Notes: generated by a model not told the origin, from the letters alone. DNA of 64,000 bases from Vermamoeba vermiformis (GCA_045837725.1 JBEWZL010000253.1:186001-250000); one strand, 5' to 3'; shown: positions 1-13,882, numbered from the stretch's first letter. A program made the numbers and translations.

Positions 1-778
1 AATTCAAGCCCAGCTACGGCACCACACTCGTCACGGCCTGGGCCGAGGTGCACGGCTTTCCGATCGGCATCATCGCTAACAACGGGGTAAGTGGCGGGTG
101 TCGCGGTGGTGGTGCTATTTATAGCTGCAGACTGACACGCGTCACAGGTGATCTTCCCCGACACGGCGAACAAGGCCACGCAGTTCATCGAGATCTGCGA
201 GCGCCGCGTGATTCCGCTGCTGTATCTGCACAACATCACGGGGTTCATGGTGGGCAAGAAGTACGAGCACGAGGGCATCATCAAGCACGGCAGCAAGATG
301 ATCAACGCCGTCTCCAACTGCGAGCTGCCAGCGATCAGCATCATCATGGGGGCCTCGTACGGTGCAGGCAATTACGCCATGTGCGGCAGAGCTTACAACC
401 CGCGCTTCTTGTTCACGTGGCCCAACTCCAAGGTCGCAGTCATGGGTACGTAGCTGCAGTCACGTGCTGCACACTGCACATTATTGACACGTGTTATTTG
501 CAGGTTCGGATCAGCTGGCAGGTGTGATGGTGACCATTCAGCGCGATGCAGCGGAGAAGTCAGGCCGCAAGTTCAATGAAGAGGCTGCAGCACAGATGAG
601 CAAGATGTTCAAAGACAAAGTGGACAGTGAGACCACAGCCTATTACTGCACGAGCAGAATGATCGATGACGGCATTGTTGATCCACGTCAGACACGTGAC
701 ATCTTGGGTCTGTGCTTGTCGGTCATTTACACCAATGAGATCAAGCCGAGCGGCAGATATGGTCTGCATCGCATGTAG
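1..778 (+). CDS. Acyl-CoA carboxylase carboxyltransferase (beta) subunit, MCCase/geranyl-CoA carboxylase type; 3' part
   Basis: Exons <1-86, 148-~447, ~504-778 with GT-AG introns. Motifs [42 protein letters not shown]. Confidence 0.9.
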
Positions 779-1523
779 TTATCTGTATAGTAGTGTGTTT
801 GGAGCTAAGCTTGTGTTGGAAATAAAGACAGAGTTCAAACAGTATGAAATTCTAGTCTTTTAGTTGTTTTCATGAGCTGAGAAACTATGCTGCCTGCTGC
901 TGACGTGCTGTCCATTGGATGAATCCAGGCTCCACCATATGCCATCCATGGAGGTTCTTCTCAACAACATAGTAATTTCTTCTTGGTGGCCATTGAAATA
1001 CTGCAATTTTTGGTGGCACTCTTGAGATTCTTGGGGTATCAGGAGGGTTTTTGGATCGCTGAAAGAAGAATGGTATGAAGATTTTGAGCCTGTCCATGAC
1101 TGCACCAGCGACCCAAGCTACTGTGGCATTAGAAGGCTTTGGGCTAAACGCGAGAGGCTGAAAATGGCAATGTTCTGTAAAGAACTTAAGTACTAGAACT
1201 TTGTTCTATTGGCTGCAATACCATTGAAACTTTGGAATCACCTAGATCTATCACTATCTAACAAGAAAATATAAGTAATCATCAAAAATATTGTAGTGGC
1301 AGCAATTTGTAAATTTTCAGCATTAAGTATGAACCCACCCACCAGCACATGTTTGGTACAACACAACTATACGTATTTTATGCAACCCTGAACTTTGGCT
1401 ACAATGCATTGTCACCTGCCTATGAAAAAAAAATTGAATCATCTATACTTTTTTATGTTGTAACTTTGTCCAGTAGGGTGGCAAACCTTGTTATAATGAA
1501 AGGATATGCTTAATCATATACTT

Positions 1524-1697
1524 GGCATATAGAAATCTTGTTAAAATCTTCATACTATATGATGTATGGTCGGCGGACATGTGGTCCGTGGTGGACGTCC
1601 AATTTTTGCCGGACAGGCGTCCGCCAAATGTACGTGGCATAGAAATCTTATTACAGTCCATATGATGTATGGTTGGCAGATGTTTGGTCAGTGGTTG
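1524..1697. repeat. Degenerate direct duplication of about 65 bp in a CpG-poor non-coding tract
   Basis: ggcat(at)agaaatctt...atatgatgtatggt[c/t]ggc[g/a]ga at ~1524-1594 and ~1636-1697. Confidence 0.7.
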
Positions 1698-2934
1698 TAA
1701 TTACAAGCCGGACATGTCTGGGCTGGCATTTTGGCCTTGCCTCACAACAATTGGCCATCCTCCAGTGGGTTTGAATGGACAGCGTTCAGTTTAGGGTTAG
1801 GTGCCAATGAACGGAATAACCCAATTCTGCAGTTATGAACGCAATTGGAAATCTTTCAGCGGTGTTGGAACTGATCAGTTCTTCACAGAACATTTTTGTA
1901 CGGCCAGGATTCTGACAATGAAAACATGAAACTTCAACGAACTCATGATTAAACGTCAGGATTAGCCTTTCCAATATGCTCAAATGGGGTCAGAGGTCAG
2001 CTAGCATATGGTGAGCGGACGTCTGCCTTGGACAGGGTGTCTGCTGACCTTAGGTTTTCTTTGACAGTTGCAGCAATGTATAGATTATTGTATTATTGAA
2101 TATTTCTGCTACAACCACGTATCTGCGAGTCTTGGACTTAAGGAAGCTGGAAAAAGTGCACTCATCTCAGAACTTATCATCTGAAGGCCTCCCTGCTCCA
2201 AAAGGTTACAAATGACTACAATTAGTAGCGTGTGATAATCGAGAACGTCGTTACAGTGAACTTGAAATCTGGTGTGGAGAATCCCGGCACAAAAAGGCAG
2301 CCAGGTGCTGGATACACAATATTTTGATTAAGGACTGAAATTCTTTTCTTAGGTGCTGCCTTGGTTTGAAGGGGTGGCCTGAAGAAGGTGGTGGAGCGAT
2401 GTTAGCGACTGACTAAGAACATTCCGTTTGGGCGCGGTTGCAACAGCGCAGAGGAGCACAATGCCATTCCAATGAACTATTTGCTGCAGGACTATTGAGC
2501 CCAAGCGAAATGCCAAGATCAGAAGTGACGGCAGTTTGGCTGGAAAGTACGGCCAAAAATCTGCCGAAACTGCTTAAGAGTGTCATCTGCGAGCTCCAAC
2601 GAATGCTTTGTAACCATCGATTATGGGATATCATAACATATTCTCTCTATCGTTGTAAATGCGAAGTTCCACAAACGGTCTGATCGCTGATCACGAAAAA
2701 TTTAAATTTTTTTAAAAGGTTTAGGGCTCTTTTTTTACCCCCCCCCCCGTTGTTTTTCTTTTATTTTTTTTTTTTTTTTTTTTTTGGAAAAGCCCCCCCC
2801 CCAAAAATAAAAACCCAAATAATCTATCGAAAAGATAAGTCCAGAATTCTTTGCCTCATTTTGTTCCGTGTTGTAATGAAACAACACAAGTGTAAATATA
2901 ATTGTAAATCTTTGTATATTATTATTCATTCATT

Positions 2935-4043
2935 ATGGATCCTCAACGTTTAGCAGAAATCAAAGCTAAATTGCTGGATGAGTGCGATAAACCATCGGTA
3001 AGATCCTTGAAAAAAATTCAATAATTATTCGGCACATTATTTCATATTCCTGAAGCAATATCTGCTATTAAAATAGCGATGAAGGATTATTTATTATTTC
3101 TGTAATATTTATCAGATCTGATCGTTTTAACAGGGCTCAACACAAGCACAACTCGAACAAGCACTGCCAGGTGTATCATTAGAAGAGCTCGCACTAACAC
3201 TGAACGCTGCTCTCAAAGAGAATCGTTTGACGGTGCTCGCCAACGCCAAGGATTCGTTCTACAAAACAGTGCCGCTCGACGAGTTCGAAAAGTAAGTGCC
3301 TATGCCAGGCCTATGCGCGCAACTAACTGAGCTCGCACGCGCAGATTGAAAGGACTGACCCCCGAGCAGCTGGTCGTGTACAGACTGGTCGAGCAAGTGC
3401 AGCGCGAGGGGATCTGGGCCAAACACTTGCGCGCCAAGAGCAGCTTGCCGCAGCCCTCGTTCTTGAAGGCGATCAAAGTGCTGGAGAGCAAGAAGTTGAT
3501 CAAGGCCTTCAAGTCCGTGACGGCCAAGAACAAGCGGTACTACATCCAGTACAACCTCGAGCCCGCGAGTCAGCACATTGGCGACATCTGGTACAATGCC
3601 GATCTCGACTTTGACAGCGAGTTCGTGGAGGTGATCACGCGCCAGTGCTATCAGTTCATACAGCACAAGGGCTACGCGTCGCTCGATGACTTGCAGCTGC
3701 ACATCACGCAGAGCGGTATCTCGACGATCGAGATCAAAAAAGAACACATTCAGAAGCTCGTCGACACGCTCGAGTACGACGGCAAGGTCGAGGCATTCAT
3801 TCCCACCGCCAGGAAATCTCCGCTCGGGGATGGCACGCTCTACCGACCCACGCGCATTCGTGTGCCTGACAATGGCCTCACTGCGACACCGTGTGGCACC
3901 TGTCCGGTACGGGGGAATTACCATATTTGGTCATGTGCACTTTGTACTCACTGCGCTATTTATAGGTGTTCGAACTGTGTTCGGATGACGGAGAAATTTC
4001 ACCAGCCAAATGTATTTATATTGCTGAGTGGCTAGAATTTTGA
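2935..4043 (+). CDS. POLR3F: RNA polymerase III subunit RPC6 (C34/C39)
   Basis: 4 exons (introns 2998-3133, 3292-3344, 3907-3965). Motifs GIW, LESKKLIKAFKSV, LVDTLEYDGKVE and C-terminal PCGTCPV..C..SPAKC Fe-S cysteines. Confidence 0.93.
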
Positions 4044-4149
4044 TTTGTTGATAAAAATAGAATTGCCTAATATAGTAAGTGCATCGCGGCTATCTCAGGG
4101 GTATTTATTCAAAATTGTTTAACTGTACAAAAAAAATAAGCGCAAAGAC

Positions 4150-5716
4150 TTATTTGCTGGTGGAATACACCACTGGTGCTCGCTTAGGATTGGCTGCCAG
4201 TGTTGGTGCAGGATTCGAATTGACAGGTGTCACATTGGATGTCGCACTGTTGTGGAATGGAGTGGACTGATACGACACGACACTCGGTGTGACAGGTGTC
4301 ACATTATTGGACTGCAGAGGTGTAGACTGATACGGCACGACACTCGGTGTGACAGGTGTCATATTCGGTGTCGCACTGAGAGTGGGACTGTTGGTGCGCA
4401 ATTGCACGCTGTTCGAGGTCGGAATCAGCTGGTAATTCGTGCCCGGATCTGCGCGTCGCTTGGTCATGCCAGGGGACAGCGCCACTTTGGGTGCGGAGTC
4501 AGTGGCACTGCGCGGTGGCATGGGTCCGAACATGTCTGGTGTGCGCGGCACGGGGGCAGTCACCACGCCGAGGGGCTGGGTGGGGCCTGTGTTGAGCTGC
4601 TGCGTGCCAGTGTAGGGCAGCACCGAGGGCGCGGCATTGGTCACCGTGCCAGTGTAGGGCAGCACCGAGGGCGCGGCATTGGTCACCGTGCCAGTGTAGG
4701 GCAGCACCGAGGGCGCGACAGAAGGTTGTGGCCGTGGTGTGAGTGCCGAGTGGGATGGACTGGTAGCTGTTCTCCAAGCGACGTTTGGGCGCGAGACTCG
4801 GTGAGCTGGCCGGGCCCGAGCTGAAGTCAGTGCTGAGCGTGGTGGTGCGATACTGCTCGGGATTGATGGCGCGACGTGAACTGCCCAGCTCGAACATCCA
4901 GCCACGTGTCGTGGAGTGGCGCGCATTGGGCCGCACTGTTTGACTCGTCCAGCCTGTGGCACTCGCTGCTTGTCTCTCTGCGGCGTCGTTGTGCTGCGTG
5001 TAGTACTCCTGCACGGGGTACTGTGCAGTGGAGGCGGTGTTAGCGTTCTGCGCGTAGGGCTCAGGCACGGGTTGATACTCGGGGGTGTCGCGCAGATTCG
5101 GTACGCTAAACGGACGTTTGTTGGTGGAGTTTGGTGACGATGAATATAATGCCTTCTTTTGGTTTTCTTCAAGACAAATATGAGCAAGTTATTCTTATCG
5201 CCAGACTGACAAGATCATACAGAAAGAAAAATTGATCAAAAAAAATAATATTGATTTTGGGATTTGTTTGTTGTCTAATCTAGTACAGTCGAGCTGTATG
5301 ATGCGTATTTATGCGAGAGACGTACCATCGGGAGTTAATTGACTGACTGACTCGTCTATAAATTCTACAACATCGCCAAGGTCTTGTACGACTCTCTTTA
5401 ACTAATCAAACTATTAATATGGTGATGCAATATACATGCAGCACATCGGTGAGTACTGAGAGTACAAAGTAGCATCTAGAACATTGGTAAAAATCATTCT
5501 TACCTGCGGGATCTGAGGCCCCTCTTCGAGAGCATATGTTTGCAAAAATGACAATTTCGCTCGCACTTCATGAATAAAGTTCAACCACTGCTTTAAATCA
5601 AATCTGTATTGTTCCTCAGGGGCAACAAATGGATTGTCTGTAAAATCCAGCTGGTGTTGAGCTTCATCGTGATCGACGTAATTGACGTCGAAATAAGGAG
5701 CAGGTGGAGAACTCAT
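4150..5716 (-). CDS. Uncharacterised protein with a Pro/Ser/Thr-rich repetitive C-terminus; model uncertain, with apparent frameshift(s)
   Basis: ATG 5716 (MSSPPAPYFDVNY), donor near 5503. The PEPYAQNAN frame (5068) switches to the PSVLPYTGT repeat frame near 4750. Stop at 4150. Confidence 0.5.
4265..4360. repeat. 60-bp coding duplication (NVTPVTPSVV.YQSTP)
   Basis: gactgatacg.cacgacactcggtgtgacaggtgtca at 4265 and 4325. Confidence 0.85.
4604..4717. repeat. 42-bp perfect tandem repeat, about 2.7 copies (APSVLPYTGTVTNA)
   Basis: gtgccagtgtagggcagcaccgagggcgcggcattggtcacc at 4604 and 4646, partial copy at 4688. Confidence 0.92.
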
Positions 5717-6180
5717 AATCGTGGTGCTGTGGATCCAAAAAGTGCGTGCAGTGACTTCGAGGAATGAAAACAAAAAAGTAACGTGTCAAGATGTCAAAAT
5801 CGTCTCCGCGTGACATTCGGTTGGGAAGACTCTGAGAAAATGTCCAACTTCTGGAATTGCGCAAATACGAATGGGACTTCTGTTCACTATGCCTGGCTCA
5901 ATTTAGGCCGCGTTTGAGAACATATTTGGCGCAAGATCCGATTTGAAAGGAAATTTAATTTATTGCTTGGCAATTTCGATAGTTGTCGGCACCGACAATG
6001 TACAAATATGGCCACGAGAGTATTAAACAACTAGCTGACACTAATCTAACGAATGTAATGCAACCAGATTCTTAGTGAATCAATTCACATAATTAATTTA
6101 ATTTTAATTTAATTGATATTACTAGCAATATTATTAAGTGCCTATTCACTGAAACCTGACCATTCAACAAGCGCAGTTCG

Positions 6181-8409
6181 TTAATAGGAGAATATCTGGC
6201 CCCACCACTGATTCACAATCACATACAGCCCATTCGTGCGCAAATCCTTCGCCGAACGATAATACGTGATGCCTAAATATGGTCAATAAACACGCCTCCA
6301 CGCAGTACTCCGCAGCGTACCTGAGAAGAGTTCCGTGACCGGAATGGTGTCGTTGCCATTGACAGGTGTCGCATCACTCAAGATGACACGTCCCTCGCCC
6401 TGCGTGTCGCTGTAGTTCAGCACCACCACGCGCTTGTGTGCACTCGAGCTCCAGGTCCACGCCATCAAGCGCCACGCCGTGCTGGCACCAAACACGTTCT
6501 GATACCGCCACTGTCCTTGGAACACCTCGTGCGCGGTGATGGCCGTCAACTGCGCGTACATCTGTTGCACGGCACTCACGGCACTCTCGGGGGCTGCGCG
6601 TCTGTGGGGGGCACCTGTCAGTGTCACGTGTCACAGAGGGGTGCATTACCTTAAATGGACATCGAGTTTGTTGTGATAGCCCTCGCGCTGGCCCTGGAAG
6701 TAGAAGCGCATGCCTGGCAGCGTCATGGTCACCAGGGCTGCTGCGTCTGCGCGCCAGTTACTGCCAAAAAAGGAAGCGGCACGTGGCTCATCATGATTCT
6801 CCACAACTAGCTCGGAGATTAGTGCTATTTTTAGCTTTGCCAGTGACTTACAGCGCGCAGTGTGGTGGTGGTAGTCGATGGACAGGCCGGAGATGTAGCC
6901 GCGAATGTCATCGAGATTGCCTGCTGCCAAGCGATCGTACCTGCAAAGATGATGACACATGTCAAATAATTTGCTGCATGCAGTGACAGGTGTCACTTAC
7001 AGTGTCTTGTCGTAGGTGAAGTCAAAGCCATTGTTTTGCAACTCTTGCTATAAATGGGTATGGATTAGCGGACATTGCCTAATTAGGACAAGAAGCGTAC
7101 CGTCCAAGGATCGTAGACCTCCGCGAGAAATTTCACTTGCGGATACTGTTGCTTGACCTGCTGAATGGCACTGCGCCAGAACTCGCTGCTGGGCTGCGCA
7201 TAGCCCCAAGTGCCGAGTGTCCAGGCCCAGTTCGTGCTGATCTGCGAGTTGAGCAACAAGAACGCCATGTCGCAGCGAATGTAGTCTGCAAAGGATGCTA
7301 TTTTTAGCAGCACGTTGACTTGGTGCTTCACGAAATCAGGACTAAAGATGGTGTGAGTTACTCCGCTGATCTATTTTTAGCTACGTACTTCCAGTAGTTG
7401 AACTGTGCAGTGTCCCTAGTGAAATTTCACAGTCAGCGCGTGTTTCAAACATCAGTCACGTGATGTACAGCAAGTTACGTACGTCCAAGGCTGGCCCCAA
7501 CCAGGGCTGCCGAATGCAATGCCATTGGGCAAGTACTTGTTCGCGTCGTACGGCGGATTGGTGCCACGTGGTGCGCGCACGTACCTGCAAATGACACGTG
7601 TCAAATAATCGTACCTCCTCAAAGCCACAGCTTACCACTCCAAGTGCTGCGTCCAGTTGGAGTCGACAGCGGAGTGATTGGGCACAAAGTCGAGCATCAG
7701 CTGCAGTCCCACGCCGTGCAATGTCGTGCGCAGGCTGCTCAGATCTGCGTCGCTGCCCAACTCGCTGTTCGTCGTGTACTCGGTCACTGCGTAGGGGGAG
7801 CCTGCGCCTCTGTTAGCACATATAGTAATATAATATGTAATAATGATTAGGGAGGCAGTTTCAAGTACCGATAATGAGTAGGGAGGCATACCGATAATGT
7901 CAGCCATGGTGTAGCCTGGCAAGATCTGCGCGTAGGATTGCAACAAGCCTGGATCAGTGCGATCATGATTGAGTCCGTACTTGCCTATTAATACGTATCA
8001 TGAATCAATTACGAGTACTACAAGTAGGGTCCAGTCGTTGCACTGCGACAAACTAAGGTGTAACCATTTAATTTCCGCCTAGTGCAATCAACTTGGTCTG
8101 AAATTGCATGGGAATAGCACTAACAACGCATTTGAAAATTAAATACTACTAACCAAGCTGCCAGACACCCATCATCCACACAACGTCAAATCCAGAGCTC
8201 TTGATCGCTTTGAACTCTTGAAGGGGAATGTCTCTGAGACGCGAGATATTATAGCCATATTTTTGCGACAGTCCGTACAGCCAAGGACGAGTCGATATCT
8301 CGAACATGAGTGGGAACCGCACTGAGCCAGATTGACTTGCCTTGCTTGTCACTTGCACCGCGAGAAATGCCACAGCTAATAAGACGAGCACAGCTTTCAA
8401 GGTGTTCAT
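6181..8409 (-). CDS. Secreted alpha-amylase family (GH13) glycoside hydrolase, bacterial-like subfamily
   Basis: Signal peptide MNTLKAVLVLLAVAFLA. Motifs VWMMGVW, LMLDFVPNH, catalytic IRCDMA, FLAEVY, (spliced) FVENHDEPR. About 10 exons. Confidence 0.88.
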
Positions 8410-9358
8410 ATTTGTCACCGCTAGTGTCGTGCTTCAATGCTGATCAGATTCTAGAATGAATTGTTCAGCAGACATTTCAAAGTAGTTCTCTACCAGGGCC
8501 AGAAGTGCGTCCTACCGTGCTCATTGGACGGCCAAGAAATAGGTGTAATCCCCTTGCTAACTGCGTACCACCTCTCGAAATGCAGCACTGTCGTTTCAAT
8601 ATTGACTAATAGTGGATACTTAAGTCTGCAGCATTCGACTATTATAGAGGCTAGCAAACCTAAGCTGATCCAGCCAATTAATTCGAACCAGTTCTTCCTC
8701 ATTCGGCATCGGCCCGATAATTTTTGTTTATCCAACCATATTAGGCAACGCTCGGCCATTAATTCGGAAATTCTTCTCGCTCTCCCGCACAACATTCAAT
8801 AACACGAACACAACGGCTAGCAAGTAGCTCAATTCTAGTGGGGTTCAATCGACATATACCGCACCCCCGCCGTGGAACTTACAGCTGCAGCTCAATAATT
8901 ACAACCGCAGCAAAGATCTTCTTTAACAACTGTTAGCGTAGAATACTTTAACAGTGTGCTTAAAATAATCGCTTGGTATTTATCCTCAGACGGCAAGTTC
9001 ACCGAGTGAACAGATGAAGCCAGAAATTTTCAAGGTAAGAGTTCATGTCACCCTCGAAGATTACACGACCTACGATTCATTCTAAATTGTACATTGTTGT
9101 ACCGCAAGATCTGCATTTTTTTTTTTTTTTTGTGCAACTTACAAGTATTTTTTGTGCAAGAAAAAAAATTCACAAAACAGAAGTGCTTTTCGCCGTGATG
9201 TAACGTCAATTCAGTATTTCGTTCTTGACTAGCACCACGACTGTACATATTTGTATTAATAGTCCCTCGTTGCAGGATTTTCCAAGCACATCTGGAAACT
9301 GTCAACAAGCTGTAAAATAGTTTAATTGGACTTAAGGGAAGTCGACGACAAAACTGAA

Positions 9359-12300
9359 ATGGCCGATGTTAATAAAGAAGATAGAATACTGCAATATATT
9401 GGCACGAATAATCTTAAATGGGCCAGACAAGTGGATCGCAGTCAATTTTCAATTGAATATTACAACAGCGCCGTAATTGAAGAGCAAGTACCGATAGTAG
9501 TACGAGGGGTGGGTCATGCATTGGGTGCGGACAGAGAACGATTCAGTATCGCGTGGATGAAACAAAATATGGGCCAACAATTGATCGAAGTGCGAGATGT
9601 CACAAACAAGTCAGCTGATAATTGGAGCTTACAAACCTTTGTAGATTACACATCGAGGTAGGCGAGCAAGTTTTATAGAATTAAATTTAATTATGCGGTG
9701 TTTCCCACGCGGAATCCATTCTTTATGTTAAATAACTGACACTTTGACGCGTCGATAATTATCGCCACTCTCCAATCGTGCGCGGAAGTGTCTTATAATT
9801 AGATTCTGATCATTACAAGTACCAGCAAATTTATGAAAATCTTTGGGTCTAACGCCAAAATCTTTGAATAAATTTTGGTTTTTTGGACATCTCCGCAAAT
9901 CCGATCCAACGCTTTTTTGAACAACCGGTACTAGGACCTAGTTGTTATCAAGCAACGGTTCGTTTGTCCCATTGTTAATAATTTACCGATATGTCAGGTG
10001 TATTTACAATCTTTGTGCTATTTTTGGCCCTCAGGGGGCACGCAATTACACAGTGTTTTGGAATTACGATGGTTGCATAATTACTAATAATTGTCTCTAT
10101 ATAGCAATGACCCGTCCAAGGCATTTATTGGTCGATATCACGGCTGTCCTGAGAGCTGGGCCCAATCTCTCGTTCAACACGTGCCTGTCTGTCCCCTTCA
10201 AGGCGGAGATCTATTTGCCGACTTGCCAGAGTACGTATCTATATTTAGGACACCCTATTCGCGTTGTTCGCACTGCATTTGCGTCTCAATTCGTACAATG
10301 CGCAGAACCCGATCGAATTTACGTCAATTACTATGAACTTGCTGCGAAAATCAAAATTTTACTCGCAAAGATACAAAAAACAAAATGATATGAATTTATG
10401 TTTGTAAAAGCAATGTAATTGGTCATTAATTGTTTCAGAAACAGATCGAAATCCAGTTTTTGAAATTTTTAATCAAGAGGACACAATCAAATTAACTTCT
10501 AAATATAGACATCTACGCGCAGTCACTGTTGGATGCGATATTGAGCCAGAAGAGAGTCGCAGCTGCTTTCAGAACGCATGGTGTGGCGCGCTAATGCACT
10601 CGTTGATGATCCACGGCGAACAAGGCGCAGCGAGCTATTGGTTCATCATTCGCGTAAGTACAACGATTCGGCGTACATATATTGCAAATGGAACATTATT
10701 TGAACATTTGATCGTACCTTATCGGAGAGATCCGACAATTTAGATCCGCTCGGAAACTTCCTTATATGGAAAAATCAGAAAACCTATTAATTATATATGC
10801 AGCCTTCTGAGCGAGTTAAAGCTGAGAAAGCTATCAAATCACGTGGTCAGCTGCTCGTTCATGAAATGCCCTGGGTCGAGGTGTCTGAAATGACGCAATC
10901 TCCGTTCGAGATTGAAGTGATCCGCCAACAAGAAGGAGATCTGGTGCTGTTGCCCGCAGACAGCTACTATCAAACACTCACACTGCGCGGTCGTGCTGTC
11001 AAGGCGTGGTGGCACCGTGTCACTCCCAGCACCGTGCGCACATCGTTGCAAAGTTTGCACGTGATGCACAAGTTCTGCAGACCTGAGAAGTATCGGTAAG
11101 TGTTGTGCAGCACGCTGTTTGACACGTGTCACAAACTGACCCCAATGCAGTGTCAAGACGATGGCCTTTTTTGGACTGAATGCGCGCACGGAGCGGATCT
11201 TGAGTGGCAGCAACACGAGTGCGCACTTGAATGCCCTGGTGCGCGAGTGTCACGAACTGACGCAGCTGATTGAAGTGGTGAATGAACACTGCTCGGAGGA
11301 GTGGATCAGCGCCGATCACGTGACTGGACTCGTCTTGGAGCCCGTCAAAGTCGTCGAGCAACACACGCACTCGCGCACCTGTGCTTTTTGTGCCGCGGAC
11401 ATTTGGAACAGGTGAGGGCACTGCTATTTTTAGCATTCGTCATTCGGTGTTTGACACGTGTCATTTGCAGATGTTTTCACTGCGCGCGCTGTGCCCCCGT
11501 AGAGTACGACATTTGTTTGCAGTGCGTGGCTGAAGGACGCGGCTGCGTGCACAACACAGAACTCACGCTGCACGAGGCGCTGTCCATGCGACTGTGCAAG
11601 CACGTGATCGATCGATCGAGACTCGCACATCGCGAGCTGTTGGCGCGCATTGAACAGGGGGCTGCAGCTCAGCCCGGTCTGTTCCTCGACCTCGTGCCTA
11701 AATTCCAAATCAAGGTACTCGATTATTTCCATATATAGTAACCATACTGTGCGAAATCTCCTCGCAATAACTGGTGGTGATTCGAATTTATATGAAATTT
11801 AATTCTTCTGACTTGATTGCCAAACGCACCGTTATTTAAAGGACGTTATACCCAGCAGCCATATAGTATCTAAACTTTACCCGAAGATATCGATTTGCAT
11901 TATTCCTAATTTAGACAGATGGGACAAAAAAGATTTTTGGGCTCACAAAATCTTTGCAACATTTAAATCTCCCGTGGCCGCTGATACTGACGCTATTGTT
12001 ACCATCAGATGCCCGACCAATCCGAGCACTCGATTGCCACGGTGGCGTACAGCATGGTGCGACGCTATCACATCGACAAGGACGAGTGGTGCCACCAGTG
12101 CAAGCTGAAGAAACAAGTCGCGTTCATTGTCACCTGTCACAACGGTCGCTGCAGCAAACGATTCTGCGGCTACTGTTTGTGGAACCGCTACTGCCTGCGC
12201 CAAGTGGACATTGAGAAGATGAAGAACTGGAAGGTGCGTCCCTATCTATATCTTTATATCTATATCTATCTCTATACTTGCAGTACTGACTGTCCCCCAG

Positions 12301-13523
12301 TGCTTGGTGTGCAGTGGCATGTGCAACTGTGCGCGCTGCATGCGCAACAGATCTGAAGACTCGAACAACTTGCAGCTCAAATTCGACGATCCAGAACTCA
12401 GTGGCGACAAGGTACCACGTGACTTCTCGTCTAATTATAGCGCTAATCTCGCCCTTGCAGATTGTGGTGCCCAACTTCCTCAAAGAGAACAGCAAGGCAC
12501 GTGGTTCCATCTACGATCGCGAGCCTCGGCCCCGCGCCACCTCGGAGAAAGAGCGCCGCGCCATCTCCTCGCCCAATCTGCTCATCTCGTACCGCACCAA
12601 GCCCGCCATCTCTGATCGCTTGGCCTCACTCTCGCACGCCAAGGGCTCGCCGAGTGGCACTGGCAAAGCGTACCGCACGCGCTCCAAGGGCGATTTGACG
12701 GTGATTCTGAACGACAGCGACAGCGAGGTGGGCAACAACGACAACGACTACCAGGGCTGGTATCCGAGTGAGACCTCGTCCGTGGCCTCCAACGACTCGG
12801 CACGTGATCGCAGATCTGGTCGCCTCTCCACCACCCTCGATCTGACCGATGAACTCGACAGCGACAGCACCGATGAGAGTCGCAGTCCGACACCGCGGAG
12901 ATCGTTCCGAGCTCGCAAGCGCGGCAGTCGCACACTGGAGGGCGAGGAGATTGGGCCCGAGATCGTGATTCTGACGCCCTTCGCTGACTCGCAAGTGCCT
13001 GCTTCACCCTCCAGTTCACGCAAGCGCGCGCGATTGGGCAGCGGTAAGTCACGTGATTTGTTGCCAGTGTCAGTGCGTGACAGTTCTATTTTTAGTCGAC
13101 GAAGAGAACATCGAGGAGGTCGCGGCAGTGTTGCACTCGATACGCGATGTGACACCCACGCGTCAACGTGTCAAACAGGATGCCATGCAAATCGATGCCA
13201 GCGACGAGCCAGTATCTCCGATGAAGAGATTCAAGAGTGACAGCACACTGCTGCCAGGGCCAGTGAGTCACGTGGCGGTGCATCAACCAGGGCCCTCAGG
13301 CTCGGGCGAGTTGATCTCGCTGTTGAATCAGTTCAAAGAGTTGCAACCGCCCTCGGGCAATCACAATTGGCCTAATTTGGCAACTCCTTTCGGTGCACCA
13401 GTGCCACCACACATCATGTCACGTGACCCGTTCTTGAACAGCGGCAAAGAGAGTCCTTCGCCGCCCCCGACCACCAATGGCGAGCATCACGTGGACTTGC
13501 CGCCGTTCAAGAACTTGAATTGA
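9359..13523 (+). CDS. JmjC-like (degenerate) plus zinc-finger chromatin protein with zf-4CXXC_R1; CbfA/KDM3-like
   Basis: JmjC-type VPIVVRG and QQEGDLVLLP. Finger CAFC..CFHCARC..DICLQC. Finger CHQC..C..CSKRFCGYCL..WKCLVCSGMCNCARC. Disordered C-terminus. Confidence 0.75.
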
Positions 13524-13882
13524 ACGCAACACGCTGTTTGACAGCTGTCAACGACCACACCACCTGTAAAATTGAACGCCAAGGACATCGACATGTACAT
13601 AGCCATATATAGCACTCATATTGCGCGAATTCACCTCTTTTTAGTGACACAGCGCGTACCAGCAGCAGATCTTGTATTATTATCGTAGCTTGTTTTGTTG
13701 TGTCTGCACTCGTACTGCGCGCAAAGTATTTTGAAGTAGTTAGTAAATACCTGTAAATAAATGTTATTGCAATACCTCTCGCGTATTAAGCGCAGTACTT
13801 CGCGCCAAATAATCCGCCAAATGTTGCCGCCATTTTCAGATGTATTATTCAAATTGGATGCAACACCACCATAGCCATTAAC

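Noticed and set aside
1790-1801. Telomere-like TTTAGGGTTAGG
   Set aside because: Only about 2 units, compatible with chance.
2730-2810. Long C/T/A homopolymer runs and the ORFs across them
   Set aside because: Looks like low-quality consensus sequence. The poly-F/poly-K ORFs are not credible.
4604-4717. CRISPR-like repeat
   Set aside because: Contiguous, in-frame 42-bp coding repeats with no spacers, in a eukaryotic context.
8461-8802. Overlapping 113-aa and 101-aa ORFs between the GH13 and JmjC genes
   Set aside because: No recognisable motif or consistent splice model.
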